Shown here in pieces: positions 33,201 through 40,428 of a stretch of 64,000 nucleotides of DNA. Source of the DNA: an uncultured delta proteobacterium (GTDB taxonomy: Bacteria > Myxococcota_A > Polyangia > Fen-1088). The position numbers and the translations under genes are program-made. How positions within the stretch are numbered: position 1 is the stretch's first letter; each line of letters opens with the position of its first letter. The stretch spans positions 150,602 through 214,601 of the forward strand of contig CAVWIP010000012.1 of the NCBI GenBank assembly GCA_963755125.1. The letters run 5' to 3'. The notes under the pieces are model-generated. The model had not been told where the DNA came from and made no database searches. It saw nothing but the letters and a program-made list of their open reading frames with translations.

Positions 33201-34605
33201 CGATGCGCAGCATGCGCTCCTGGCGCTCGGCCGCATCTTTGGTGTGCTCGAGCTGCACCTGCAGCACCTCGGCCAGCCGCTTGGCGTCCTTGCCCTTCTC
33301 GTACATGGGGATAAGTGCCTCGGCCGCCGCCAGGTTGTGGCCATCGAGGGAGAGCACCTTCTCGAAGGCCTTCTGCGCCTTGTCCGGCTTGTTCAGTCGG
33401 TCGCGGTAGAGGACCGCGATCTTGTTCCACAGCCCCACCCGGGCCGCGTCGGTTTCCGTGTCGGCTTGCCGCTCCAACACCCGCGCGAATTCGTCCCACT
33501 TGCCCTGGACCGAGTAGAAACCCTCGAGCGCGTCCCAATCCTTGTTCTGCAGATAGAGCTTGCGGAGCGCATCCTGGGCGCGTCGGTTGTCGGGCTCGGC
33601 ATCCAGCAGCGTCTTCCACGCGGCCACGGCCAAGTCGAGCCTCTGCAACTTCTCGGTGTACACCGTGGCCAGCTTGGGCAGAATGACGCCGCGTTTGGCT
33701 GGGTCGTCGGTCAGAACGGCCTGCTTGTCCAGAACTGCAGCCAGTTCGTCCCACCTCTTCTCACGCTCGTACAACTTTTCCAGCTCAACCAGCGCCTCTG
33801 CGTCACTGTCGTTGACCTCGAGGACTTTGCCCCACAGCTCGATCGACACGGCCGCCTTCTTGAGCTTCTCCGTGGCCAGCTTGGCCACCTCGGCCCAGCG
33901 CCTGCCCCGCTCGGCCGGATCGGCAACCCGCGCTATCTCCTGCCGCAACACCGCCACCAGGCGATCCCAGTCCCGCCGCTTCTCGTACATCTGCTTGAGG
34001 AAGGTGAGCGCGTCGGCGTTCCCTGGATCAATCTCGAGAATCGCCTCGAACGCCTTAATGGCCTCGGCTTGGTTCGAGAACTTGTCCAGGTACAGGTTTG
34101 CCACCCTTAGGTGCAGGGCAATCTTCTCCTCGGCGGCCTCGACGATGGCCGCCTTCTTGCGCAAGACCGCAATCAATTCGGGCCAACGCGGGATGGCCTC
34201 GTACTGGGCAGCCAGCGCGTCCATCACCTCAACATTGTCGGGTTGCAGGGCCAGGATCCGGTTGTAGGCCTCCACCACCATCACATCGAGCTTGAGCCGA
34301 TCGCGGTACAGCTCGACCATCTCCAACAACACGGGAACCTTCGCCTCGGGAGTAGGCCAAGTCGCCTTCTCAACCGCTTCCTTCAGGACCTCCACGCATG
34401 CCTTCCATCGTTCCGCCCTCCGGTATACCCGGGCCAACTCGCGCCTGGGCTCCCATGCCGAGGGCGCGGCAGCCGCGATCTTCTTCCACGCATCGATGCC
34501 CTTCTCCACCGACAGACGTTCGGTCTCCAGCGCTGCGGCTGCCTGGCCCTGCAGCTCCGCTGGAAAGTCCTCAAGCACAGCGTTCGAGGTTGATTCCTTG
34601 CCCAC
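24220..34605 (-). CDS. gltI: Giant cytoplasmic TPR-repeat protein (3461 aa), GltI/AgmK-like gliding-motility scaffold
   Basis: About 3100 aa of uninterrupted 34-aa TPR units (recurring ...A.YE.VL..DP.N..AL.AL..LY...RW.EL..VL...), plus a non-TPR C-terminal domain of about 370 aa. Its size and its position after the gltD-H homologues match M. xanthus AgmK/GltI (about 3800 aa). Confidence 0.85.
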   Translation of the reverse strand: MGKESTSNAVLEDFPAELQGQAAAALETERLSVEKGIDAWKKIAAAAPSAWEPRRELARVYRRAERWKACVEVLKEAVEKATWPTPEAKVPVLLEMVELYRDRLKLDVMVVEAYNRILALQPDNVEVMDALAAQYEAIPRWPELIAVLRKKAAIVEAAEEKIALHLRVANLYLDKFSNQAEAIKAFEAILEIDPGNADALTFLKQMYEKRRDWDRLVAVLRQEIARVADPAERGRRWAEVAKLATEKLKKAAVSIELWGKVLEVNDSDAEALVELEKLYEREKRWDELAAVLDKQAVLTDDPAKRGVILPKLATVYTEKLQRLDLAVAAWKTLLDAEPDNRRAQDALRKLYLQNKDWDALEGFYSVQGKWDEFARVLERQADTETDAARVGLWNKIAVLYRDRLNKPDKAQKAFEKVLSLDGHNLAAAEALIPMYEKGKDAKRLAEVLQVQLEHTKDAAERQERMLRIAQILESDAGDRPLALTVALQALSENPREEWAREYAERLAGETGNWALLVEAYEAVLPSLQGQDGLPLLATVARAYEKELANSEAAIARNREILEIVDRDEQAVLALERLYIATGQHDQLLAIYDKKLALAGSEDEKREVRLQLAALYEEQVHDADKAIELYKDILKTAKEDVQALRALDRLYRATERWKDLSKIIVRQLKLPNDDPAAAELKFRLGEVSEKYLKSPGVAVESYQEALALDATHAGARAALEVYLADSQHQMSAVAALEPIYEAGHETERLLQVQRIKLARETDAAARVALLLRIGGLEGEAGRAERAYQAYAEAFGISPDSAEARAALEALADRMDKWRELVALYSEIQGSRKLASGLEREILLVIAVAYDEKLDQSDKAVEYFRLAQEIEPEDASALEALERLYTRTERWSDLVDTLKKKVELVRSSEEREQIHARIAAIWEEAIGNPDEAIAAWKEALGDNAGSLTALRALDRLFVHKGLDLDLADNLQRQLELASNEEEQVRLLSRLGHLREQKLRDITSAVETYRRLLDLAPGHEETVAALEGLLDNPDHDLVLAEILDPVYRARSDFGNLVRVLEIQARHALDMRRKIDLLHEIATACEDGLDDPARAYQALGRALAEDPLDPETTRRLERLAKALGRCDDLVVRYQAAAEKLQSDELKGAVYHAVAKLAENELGNSEIAAEAYKQALAVGPRDLEAADALEAIYIRTADYAQLVLLLQRKMDMVDALADKKELGSRAAKIWEEVLDDSDKAIEVYRQVLALDDTNETALDSLVRLFLRLSRWNDLKDVYARQAELATDPARKKERLFVLGQVYDRELQDAPRAIETYTSILDMDPDDLDALQALDRLYLQTERWYDLLNVLERQTELSSSSAEVVSLRYRIGELWSDKLKDASRATEAYQRVLAMDPSHEPTLKALEGMMQRGEEPIAAAQVLQPVYESAGDWPKVAAVHEVMVSYTQDPVRRVELLDLLAKIHERRLNDFDAAFDAYCRALRVDPSNQEVIAHIDRLAESSGRWADLAAVYDAEIDRILDSRLQTEMLLRLARIYEEETHDLDKAIATYRRVADAEPDRKDGLEALDRLYTRTERWTELADIVRGEIRLADSDAQIIDLTFRLAQILEVALGDMPKAVEAYQDILNIDPKHAETRATLERLLSSGAMQREIAQVLEPLYRVGEEWEKLVRVYHVELGVESDAEERQRLLRRLAEISESKLMDQVAALEWWSKAVVEDPASEQGLDELLRLARATHQWETYVASMADAAARASDRRVRRDVLFRLATVFDAELADLVRVEDVLGQVLALDPSDGEALAFLDRVYDKQGDYEKLADVLRRRIAITDGSRELVALHLRLGKILADVIDDAPGAVASYLAVLEQESRSPEALEALERIYFRAEQWEDLYQIYEKMLDIAPGDEALSDCYARMARITSDVLGQREKAIELWRRVLDLRGADPVALSALADLHEQAEEWRELTEVLDSQIRASEDPEARIPVYKRLGRVWGEKLGRERNALECWKKVTEINPGDVEALQAIAANYRSAAAWEELSETLHQLIAVGSETFPAATLRDCYAELGELEGSTLVRVDAAIEAWRHVLQIDAADARALTALETLFTQEGRWEECVDVLERRAAALASVGDKVDVLMQIASIWSEKIGDGGAAAEAYERVLKMDPSHAAASSALEDVYRQRKVWPELVELLLARVEYTGEAEEKIKLFCEIARIYEEHIGDRDSAFIMLQAAFREDYSSNAVAQELERLANVTNKWSELLSEYTQAAQGMEDAKQAADLWVKIGRWYDSALHHTEYAITSAKEALSRQPNHVGAMAALADFYRKESRWKDLVSVLSKHAEVESDPARRVEVLLALAETYETHISDAGQATVAYDQALQADEHCLKAIEALERLHRRTQAWERLADVLARKSQVVSDGELAVKLRLQVGELWESRLGDNERAVQAYREVLTVDPQNLPALKALEQLYEKAGRMDAYLEVLEHQLQVTAPDDDRVALLLRMAQVCEQLPGKIDDAIDSLQQALTIDPRNLKACQDLERLYRGERKWDALVDTFRKHIQVENDVAAKATIYLDMGRVYEEGLRDPDSAIEAFNEILNVDPDHAEALRGLARLYEETEQWERAVDIMQRLVGQASPPEKVDLSYRLGKILDEQMQMSDIAEERLSDALAIDPTHVPSMLSLLNIYKRRGDSFKAAQFMERAESHTPNVLERTRLLYEAGKLYQTELGDEAKAKELYARTLELDPEHVEAATPLADIYYRQSEWAPLVPILEMLTRKADRRAHRELNILCYRLAKAAEQLGDEEKALKYYRSAYELDATHLPTLVDRANLLYRREQWDEAFKLYQTILVHHRESQSEAQIVEIFHRIGHIKTKIGDRAKAINMFEKALEIDPGHRPTLEALTEIHAAAGDWEAVIRQKRALLAHVESDEEKLRLHEEIIGVYKERLKNPQKAIAAYLEAIEVKPDARGLLADVLELLTETKQWKKAVEILLRLAAIETGRVKAKYLQTAGQITNAELHSPDEAVELFNKALDEYPDDLKPFERIDKIMTAKKDWTNQQRAYRRMIKRLGTEVPPEKRSTQIALWHALGEIYRSRLKDYRAAAEAFEVCAKLEPDNMPRHQILAELYQMQGPEAYDKAVRAWRAILRRTQDIGAMVPILKTLRHLFTDMGKYDQVWCTASVLAYLRQADAEELRFHEQYKVKTLSRVKARLNEELWQKYIYHGDEDRYISLILASISQAIMAVRAREHKEVGIRRRDRRDPTNDKLMFSGVFVYVSQALAVTAPELYLRQDWPGELELMNAREKQQLCPSFVVGAALLQGKQEKELAYALGKKLTLMRPDHVVRWPAVVPQVSELKAYFLAALKLVQPKVPIKSDMEQPVAERLELLRRLVPPQNVEQLAEVVRRFIESQAEADLHRWSKAVDFTSSRAGFLMCNDLEVAAHQIQSEPLAVGCADPKDKVRDLIQWCVSDEYFALRAHLGLAIG

Positions 34606-34935
34606 TTGGTCCTCCGGGATGAATAAGGCAATCGCAGGATCGCGACCGCATGCTCCTGGCCGCTCCTTGGGGAGAGGCTAAGACCGCGGAAAATGGAGCA
34701 TTTTATACCACGCTGGCCGCTTTGCACACAACGGGAATGAGCCCCATTTTCTCGTCGGTGCGGGCCTTTTCAACCGCCGTGAGGGCCCCCGCCACGCCTC
34801 CCTGTGCCTACCCGCGGCCGGGCCACCGGGCAGACCTTTCCAAGATCAGGCTGTGCACCCACTCGGAGCGATCGGTGGTGGTCGGCACGAAAACGACCAC
34901 GACCTTCTGCGGCTATCGCGGGATTCGCTTCAAAC

Positions 34936-35823
34936 CTACGGGCCGCTCAGGGCATAGAGCTTGTCGCTCGCGGCCCGCAGGAAGCCAAACGCCGATCCGT
35001 CCTTGCCTCCGCCGGTTGCCACGAACTTCTGCAGATAGTCGCGCGCCTGTTCCTTCTGCTCGTTGGCGTGCGATTCCTCGTACCATTCGGCGTAGGTCAT
35101 ACCGCAGTTGTAAAGGGCGTCGAAGAGTCCGCTGTCCACGTCGAGCGCCTTCTTGAACTCGGCCACCGCTTGCTCGTACTGCTTGAGTGACTTGAGAGCC
35201 ACGCCGTGGAGGTTGTAGCACTCGGCACTGTTGTCGTTGGCCCGCACGCACTCCGCAAGAACCTGCGCGGCCTCTTTGTCGGCGTCATAGTCGAGGTAAA
35301 GCCGGCCCAGCGCGATGAACGGCTTGTCCATCCGGGGGTTGAGCTCGATGGCGTTGCGCAGAGCCTGGTCGGCCTCCTTGGGACGCTCTTGAAAAAGGTA
35401 CACCAAGCCTAGACGCCACTGAGCCTTGAACAGCTTGGGGTCTAGTTCCGTCGCCTTCTTGAGCGCGGTTTCCGCCTTGTCCAGCTGTTTCGCCTCAAGA
35501 TAGGCTTCGCCCAGGTCGTACTGGAAGTTGGCGTTGCTCGGGCTTCGTTGGGCCGCTCCCTCGAACGCATCGATGGCTTTGTCCCACTTGCGCTGCTTCT
35601 GATAGACCTTGCCCAAGTTGTAATAGGCCATCTCGTAGGTGGGGTCAGTCTGAATGGCCAGCCTCAACTCACGCTCGGCCGAGTCGTAGAGGTTGGTCTT
35701 GAATGCCTCGACACCCTTGTTTGCGATCTCGATGGCTTTGATGCGCTGCTGGCTGCAAACGAATGCATCGCAGGCCGGCAGAATCAACCCGAGGACGAAC
35801 ATAGCTTTCAGATAGCGACCCAT
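34936..35823 (-). CDS. gltH: TPR-repeat lipoprotein, GltH-like
   Basis: Lipobox MGRYLKAMFVLGLILPAC followed by about 6 TPR units. It lies between the gltG-like and gltI-like genes. Confidence 0.6.
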   Translation of the reverse strand: MGRYLKAMFVLGLILPACDAFVCSQQRIKAIEIANKGVEAFKTNLYDSAERELRLAIQTDPTYEMAYYNLGKVYQKQRKWDKAIDAFEGAAQRSPSNANFQYDLGEAYLEAKQLDKAETALKKATELDPKLFKAQWRLGLVYLFQERPKEADQALRNAIELNPRMDKPFIALGRLYLDYDADKEAAQVLAECVRANDNSAECYNLHGVALKSLKQYEQAVAEFKKALDVDSGLFDALYNCGMTYAEWYEESHANEQKEQARDYLQKFVATGGGKDGSAFGFLRAASDKLYALSGP

Positions 35824-35854
35824 CGCGGCTCCTTCCCTTGTCGAATGGCGAGCG

Positions 35855-38065
35855 CTATTCGCCCGAAGCACCGGCGGTGAAGTTGAACGGATACGACACG
35901 ATGACGATGCCGCCACCGAGCGGCTTGGGGAACTCCCAACGCCGGACTGCCTGCACCACGCAGTTCTCCACGCGGATGTTGCCCATGGTCGAACTCTGCA
36001 AGACCGAGGCGATGACGGTTCCCGTCGCGGCGATGGTGAACTGGACCGAGATACGGCCCGCGAGATCGGCCTTCTTCGTCAACTCGGTCTCGTAGCAGTA
36101 CTTCACCTCGTTGATGTGACGGCGGATGATCCGGCGGATGATCTCCTTGTCCAGCGACCCGCGCACGTTGGCCTGGCCCGGGATGACGTCCGGCGCACGA
36201 GCGCGGCGACCGCCCAGACCACCGGCGCCACGGCCGTAGCCGGAGCCGTTGCCGCCACCGCCGCCCTTGCCGATGGTGCCGAAGTTGCCGAGACCGATGG
36301 TGCCTTCGCCAGTACCGCCACCGCCCGTCCCGGTGCCGACCAGACCAAGACCGCCCACGCCGTAGGCTTCGCCAATCTGGTTGCCGATGAGGCCGCCCAG
36401 CACGTTCTCTGCATCGTTGCCGGCCGCCGTGTCGCGACCGAAGATGGAAGCCAGGTGCGAGCCCTCGGCCATCTTCAACACGCCGAGGATGCCGGCGTTC
36501 TTGGCCTGCTCTTCCGCAAGTTTCTTGGCCAGGTGCGGGTCAGGGTTGTCCTTGGGGCCCTTGAGCCCGTAGAGACCCTCCTTGTTCTTGGAGGTCTTCT
36601 TCCCCATCTTGCCTTCCTCACCTTTGTGCCGCTTGCCCTTGCCGCCCTGTTCGTCGGGTCCCTTCTTCTTGAGCCACTCAGGAATCTCTTCTTCCTTCTC
36701 CTCGGGGGGCTTGATGAGGAAGTTCACGAAGCGACTGTCCGCATTGAAGAGATCGAGAGAGAGCGACTTGGGATCGGGCGGGACAGAGAAGATCATCAGA
36801 AGGAACAGCAACAGACCGATGGCCGTTCCCACGGTGTAGGCTTGCTCGCTCCAGCGCCAGACCAGGAAGGGAACCGGGAAGGTGCGCGGCTTGGGCGTTG
36901 CGCTGACTAAGAAAGTGGTCTCGCCGCAGTCGATCTTGGCGCGGCCCCGGTCGCCGAGAGAGAAACTGGCTCCGCGCTGCTGCACGAACTGCGGCAACGG
37001 AACCACCTGGTTGTCCAGCAGAACCTCACCCGTCATGGACGGCGTGACGTTGACCAGGAAGTCAGCACCCGTGGTAGATACCAGGGAGAAAGACTGACCG
37101 CCAATGAAGTCGGGTCCCAGGGGCGCGTCCGCGTTCGCATCCCCGCCAACCACGAAGTTGGGGTTGGTCCGCCCCCTGCGTTTCAGGCCCATGTAGCACA
37201 GCGCAATTCCCAAACCAATTCCCCCGAACACGACGAAGTCCATGGCCGGCGACTGGGCCTTCCACTGGAAGCTCTTTGACTCGCCGCCGTCAGCCACGAA
37301 CTTGTCGTACCGGCTCTTCTCCGCTCCAAGGTTCAAGATGGTGGCGAAGAACGCCACCAAGGCCACCACTATAAGAGCGCCACCCGCGAGCAGCATCGAC
37401 TTCGACTGCCCCTCTGTGCTCCGCCCCGTGGGGTCTGACAGATGGCGCGTCTGGATCACGACGCCGCGGTACAGGGCCTGGACCTCGATGGCGTGGCTGC
37501 CATCGTGGACTTCCACCTCCGCCCCGGCGTGGCTGGCGAAGCCGCCCATACCAGGCGCCGCCGGTGCGTATGCCTGCGGAGCCGCCATGGCCTGGGGCGC
37601 CGCCACGGGCTGGGGTGCAGGCGCTCCGTAGCCGACAAGCGTCGGGGCCGGGGCTTGGGGCCGAACCGGGGCTGAATACTGCGCGGGTGCGACTGGGGCG
37701 GGAGCTACCGGGGCAACTGGCATGACCGGACCGGGAGTAGGCGCTTCTGCATCGGCCGCCGCGAAGGTGATGGCCACGCGAACGTCGCCGAACTGGACCT
37801 GGTCCCCGCTCTTGAGGCTAGCTTTGGCGACGCGCTCGCCGTTGACCAATGTGCCCCGGGTCGAACCCAAATCGATGAGTTGAACCTCGTTCGGCCCGTT
37901 CACTTCAAGCACGGCGTGCATGCGCGACACGGACTCGTCGTCAAGGCGCAGATGCGAGGAAGCCAGCTTGCCGATCTTGATGACGGGCTCCGTCAACACC
38001 TCTTCTCGTACGACCTGATCCCCCCTGAAGATCTGGAACTTGACGGGGACTACGACATTGGCCAT
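35855..38065 (-). CDS. gltG: FHA-domain protein with TM segments and an AgmX/PglI-type (TonB-C-like) C-terminal domain, GltG/PglI-like
   Basis: The N-terminal FHA domain is KIGKLASSHLRLDDESVSRMHAVLEVNGPNEVQLIDLGSTRGTLVNGERV. It is followed by a Pro/Ala-rich linker and TM helices. The C-terminus IIRRHINEVKYCYETEL...ISVQFTIAATGTV...VENCVVQAVRRWEFPKP..GGIVIVSYPFNF is typical of the AgmX/PglI C-terminal domain. Confidence 0.8.
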   Translation of the reverse strand: MANVVVPVKFQIFRGDQVVREEVLTEPVIKIGKLASSHLRLDDESVSRMHAVLEVNGPNEVQLIDLGSTRGTLVNGERVAKASLKSGDQVQFGDVRVAITFAAADAEAPTPGPVMPVAPVAPAPVAPAQYSAPVRPQAPAPTLVGYGAPAPQPVAAPQAMAAPQAYAPAAPGMGGFASHAGAEVEVHDGSHAIEVQALYRGVVIQTRHLSDPTGRSTEGQSKSMLLAGGALIVVALVAFFATILNLGAEKSRYDKFVADGGESKSFQWKAQSPAMDFVVFGGIGLGIALCYMGLKRRGRTNPNFVVGGDANADAPLGPDFIGGQSFSLVSTTGADFLVNVTPSMTGEVLLDNQVVPLPQFVQQRGASFSLGDRGRAKIDCGETTFLVSATPKPRTFPVPFLVWRWSEQAYTVGTAIGLLLFLLMIFSVPPDPKSLSLDLFNADSRFVNFLIKPPEEKEEEIPEWLKKKGPDEQGGKGKRHKGEEGKMGKKTSKNKEGLYGLKGPKDNPDPHLAKKLAEEQAKNAGILGVLKMAEGSHLASIFGRDTAAGNDAENVLGGLIGNQIGEAYGVGGLGLVGTGTGGGGTGEGTIGLGNFGTIGKGGGGGNGSGYGRGAGGLGGRRARAPDVIPGQANVRGSLDKEIIRRIIRRHINEVKYCYETELTKKADLAGRISVQFTIAATGTVIASVLQSSTMGNIRVENCVVQAVRRWEFPKPLGGGIVIVSYPFNFTAGASGE

Positions 38066-38157
38066 TTGGGTCTCCTCCGGTTACGGCAGGCGGGGGCCAG
38101 CGGCGGCCACGCCTATGCTCTCGACCCTTGCCCTCTGGGTCTTGCGACCCCGAGCGG

Positions 38158-38406
38158 CTAGATGTCTTCGAGCGACTTGAGCATTTCGGGAATGAAGTCT
38201 TTGCGGATTTCGATAAGGCTGGAGTGTTTGGCTTTGTTGATGGCGTTCACCAATTCGCCATCAGGCCGCTGCAGGTCGCCCTCGACGTTGTCGTCTTCGA
38301 AATCGTAGACGGTCTTGGACTTGAACTGCTCGGCCCCACCTTCTTGAGCCAGAACCGTACCCAGTCCCCCGACGGTGAGAACCGCAATCATTGCCATGAG
38401 TCGCAT
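38158..38406 (-). CDS. gltF: Small secreted protein (82 aa), GltF-like by position
   Basis: Signal peptide MRLMAMIAVLTVGGLGTVLAQEG. The assignment rests on size and synteny only. The start was trimmed from the ORF-track start at 38496. Confidence 0.45.
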   Translation of the reverse strand: MRLMAMIAVLTVGGLGTVLAQEGGAEQFKSKTVYDFEDDNVEGDLQRPDGELVNAINKAKHSSLIEIRKDFIPEMLKSLEDI

Positions 38407-38529
38407 CGGTTCATTTCCTTCCTTCGGCTGCGCTGGGAGACAAGCACGGAAAGCTCGCCTCCTACTGACAACCAAGATCGAATTTGGTTCCCACAATTAT
38501 GGATCGGATTCGATCGACGAAGCTCCGCG

Positions 38530-40419
38530 TCACTCCCAGTTCTTCTTCTCAGGTTTCTTCGGCGCCGCTTTCTTCGCGTCATCCGGCTTGTCGCCGGGAT
38601 TAGCTGGGGCGGCCTCGGGCGCCGCTCCAGCGGGCGGGGGTTCGACCGAAGATCCGGGAACTGGGGCCTGGCTCTCGGCGCCCTTGTCATCGGCACCCTT
38701 GCTCTCGGTGCCCTTGTCGTCGGCCTTGCCACCGCCGGTGACCTTCTTCGTCTTCTCCTCTTCCTTTTTCGTCTTTTCCTCCGCGGCCTTCGTCTTGTCC
38801 TCCTCCTCCTTCTTCTTCATCTCCTCCTGCTGGCGCTTCTCCTCGGCCTCCATCTTCTTCATCTCTTCTTCCATCTTCTTCTGCTGCGCCTCTGCCTTGC
38901 GCTGCATCTCCTCAGCCTCTTTCATCATCTTGGCCGCTTCCTCCAGTGCCACGAAAACCTCATCGATGTCCTTGATGCGCTTCTCGGCGTCCTTGCGTGC
39001 CTTGGGCGAGGGAGACCGCGTCAGGAAATCCCGATAGTATGCTTGGGCCTTTTGCAGCATGGGCTTGTCGCTGCCGCCCTTGTACTCTTGGTACAGCAGG
39101 CCGAGGTTGAAATAGGCATCCGGGCGCTGTGGGTCGAGATTCCGGGCCTCGTTGTACTTCTGTTCTGCCTCGTCGAACTTCTTGTTGCCGCGCAAGGCGA
39201 CCCCCAGCCCAATGATCGCCTCGTAGTTGCGCGGCTTGGCCTTGAGCACAGCTCTCAAGTTCTCTTCCGCGATGTCGTAGTTGCGAAATTTCAGTGAAAC
39301 CGCGGCCAGATTGAGCCGGGCCTCGAACAGCCCGGGATCATTTTCTACCGCGGCGGTGAAGTTCTTGATCGCGTCCGTGTAGTTCTTCTTGGCCAGGTAG
39401 ATCATGCCCATCGTGTTGTAGACCACGGCCACGGCCTTCTTCATCTCGACCGTGTAGCCCGTTCCCTCCACGGGAGTCTCCTGGGCCGTCTTCTCCCCCT
39501 CCTTTTCCTTGGCCTCTTCTTTCTTGCCCTTGCCTTTCTTGGCCTTCTTGTTCGCATCGTCGGAAACCGCCCCCTCTTCCTCGAACTTTCCCGTGGCGAT
39601 TTCCTCTGCCCGCTTGATCGCCTGGGCACCCACCAGTTTGGCTGCCTCGGGCAGATCCAAATCGTAGTAAATAAAGCAAAGGCCTGCGTAGGCCTGCAGG
39701 CTGTTCCCGTCAAGTGCGAGCACGCGTCGCAGTTCCTTCACAGCGCCGTCGTTGAGCGCCTTCTTGTCGGTGCCGGTCGCGAGACGGGCACGTTCACGGT
39801 AAATCTGGGCCATGTTGATGCGGGCGGCGATGGACCCGATCAAGGGATCAGCCTGAATCGAGCGCTTGAAGAGCGACTCCGCGTCGGCCTTGTTCCCGCC
39901 CTGCCAGGCCACGTAGCCCAAATTCGCCAAGGCAGGAGCAAAGGGCTTGGCTCCGCCAGCCAGCTTCTCCCAGATGCGGACGGCCTCGTCCTTCTTGCCA
40001 CACTCAAGATCCACCGCAGCTTCGTTGCTGCGCGCCTCGAGAAGCACGGGCACCCGGTCTGCGATCTTCCTGAAACCCGAAGCTACCGACGAACATTCCG
40101 GGCCGGGAACGGATCCCGCCTTCTTGGCTTTCATGTATTCAGCGACAGCCTTGTCGTAGGCAGCTCTGTCGTCCTCGCTGATCTGGCGCTCTGTCGGTTT
40201 CCGGGTAATGAGGGGAACCTCCCCGGGACTGGCGGCGGCCGGCGCTGCAGCAGGGGTCGGCTTCTTGCCGGGCGTCCACTCCTCCTCGTCGGGCAGTGCG
40301 CCGGTTTCTGGACTCTTGGGCTTACCGGCTGTCGCGCAGCCAATGGACAGGGCAAGCAAGGCTCCGACCCCGACCAGGGTCCAAGACGAGCACACTCCGA
40401 GACTTCGATGCGTCATCAT
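38530..40419 (-). CDS. gltE: TPR lipoprotein with a Lys/Glu-rich coiled-coil tail, GltE/AglT-like
   Basis: Lipobox LALSIGC, TPR units, and a C-terminal EEMQRKAEAQQKKMEEEMKKMEAEEKRQQEEMKKKEEEDK low-complexity tail. Confidence 0.6.
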   Translation of the reverse strand: MMTHRSLGVCSSWTLVGVGALLALSIGCATAGKPKSPETGALPDEEEWTPGKKPTPAAAPAAASPGEVPLITRKPTERQISEDDRAAYDKAVAEYMKAKKAGSVPGPECSSVASGFRKIADRVPVLLEARSNEAAVDLECGKKDEAVRIWEKLAGGAKPFAPALANLGYVAWQGGNKADAESLFKRSIQADPLIGSIAARINMAQIYRERARLATGTDKKALNDGAVKELRRVLALDGNSLQAYAGLCFIYYDLDLPEAAKLVGAQAIKRAEEIATGKFEEEGAVSDDANKKAKKGKGKKEEAKEKEGEKTAQETPVEGTGYTVEMKKAVAVVYNTMGMIYLAKKNYTDAIKNFTAAVENDPGLFEARLNLAAVSLKFRNYDIAEENLRAVLKAKPRNYEAIIGLGVALRGNKKFDEAEQKYNEARNLDPQRPDAYFNLGLLYQEYKGGSDKPMLQKAQAYYRDFLTRSPSPKARKDAEKRIKDIDEVFVALEEAAKMMKEAEEMQRKAEAQQKKMEEEMKKMEAEEKRQQEEMKKKEEEDKTKAAEEKTKKEEEKTKKVTGGGKADDKGTESKGADDKGAESQAPVPGSSVEPPPAGAAPEAAPANPGDKPDDAKKAAPKKPEKKNWE

Positions 40420-40428
40420 CGCTGGCTC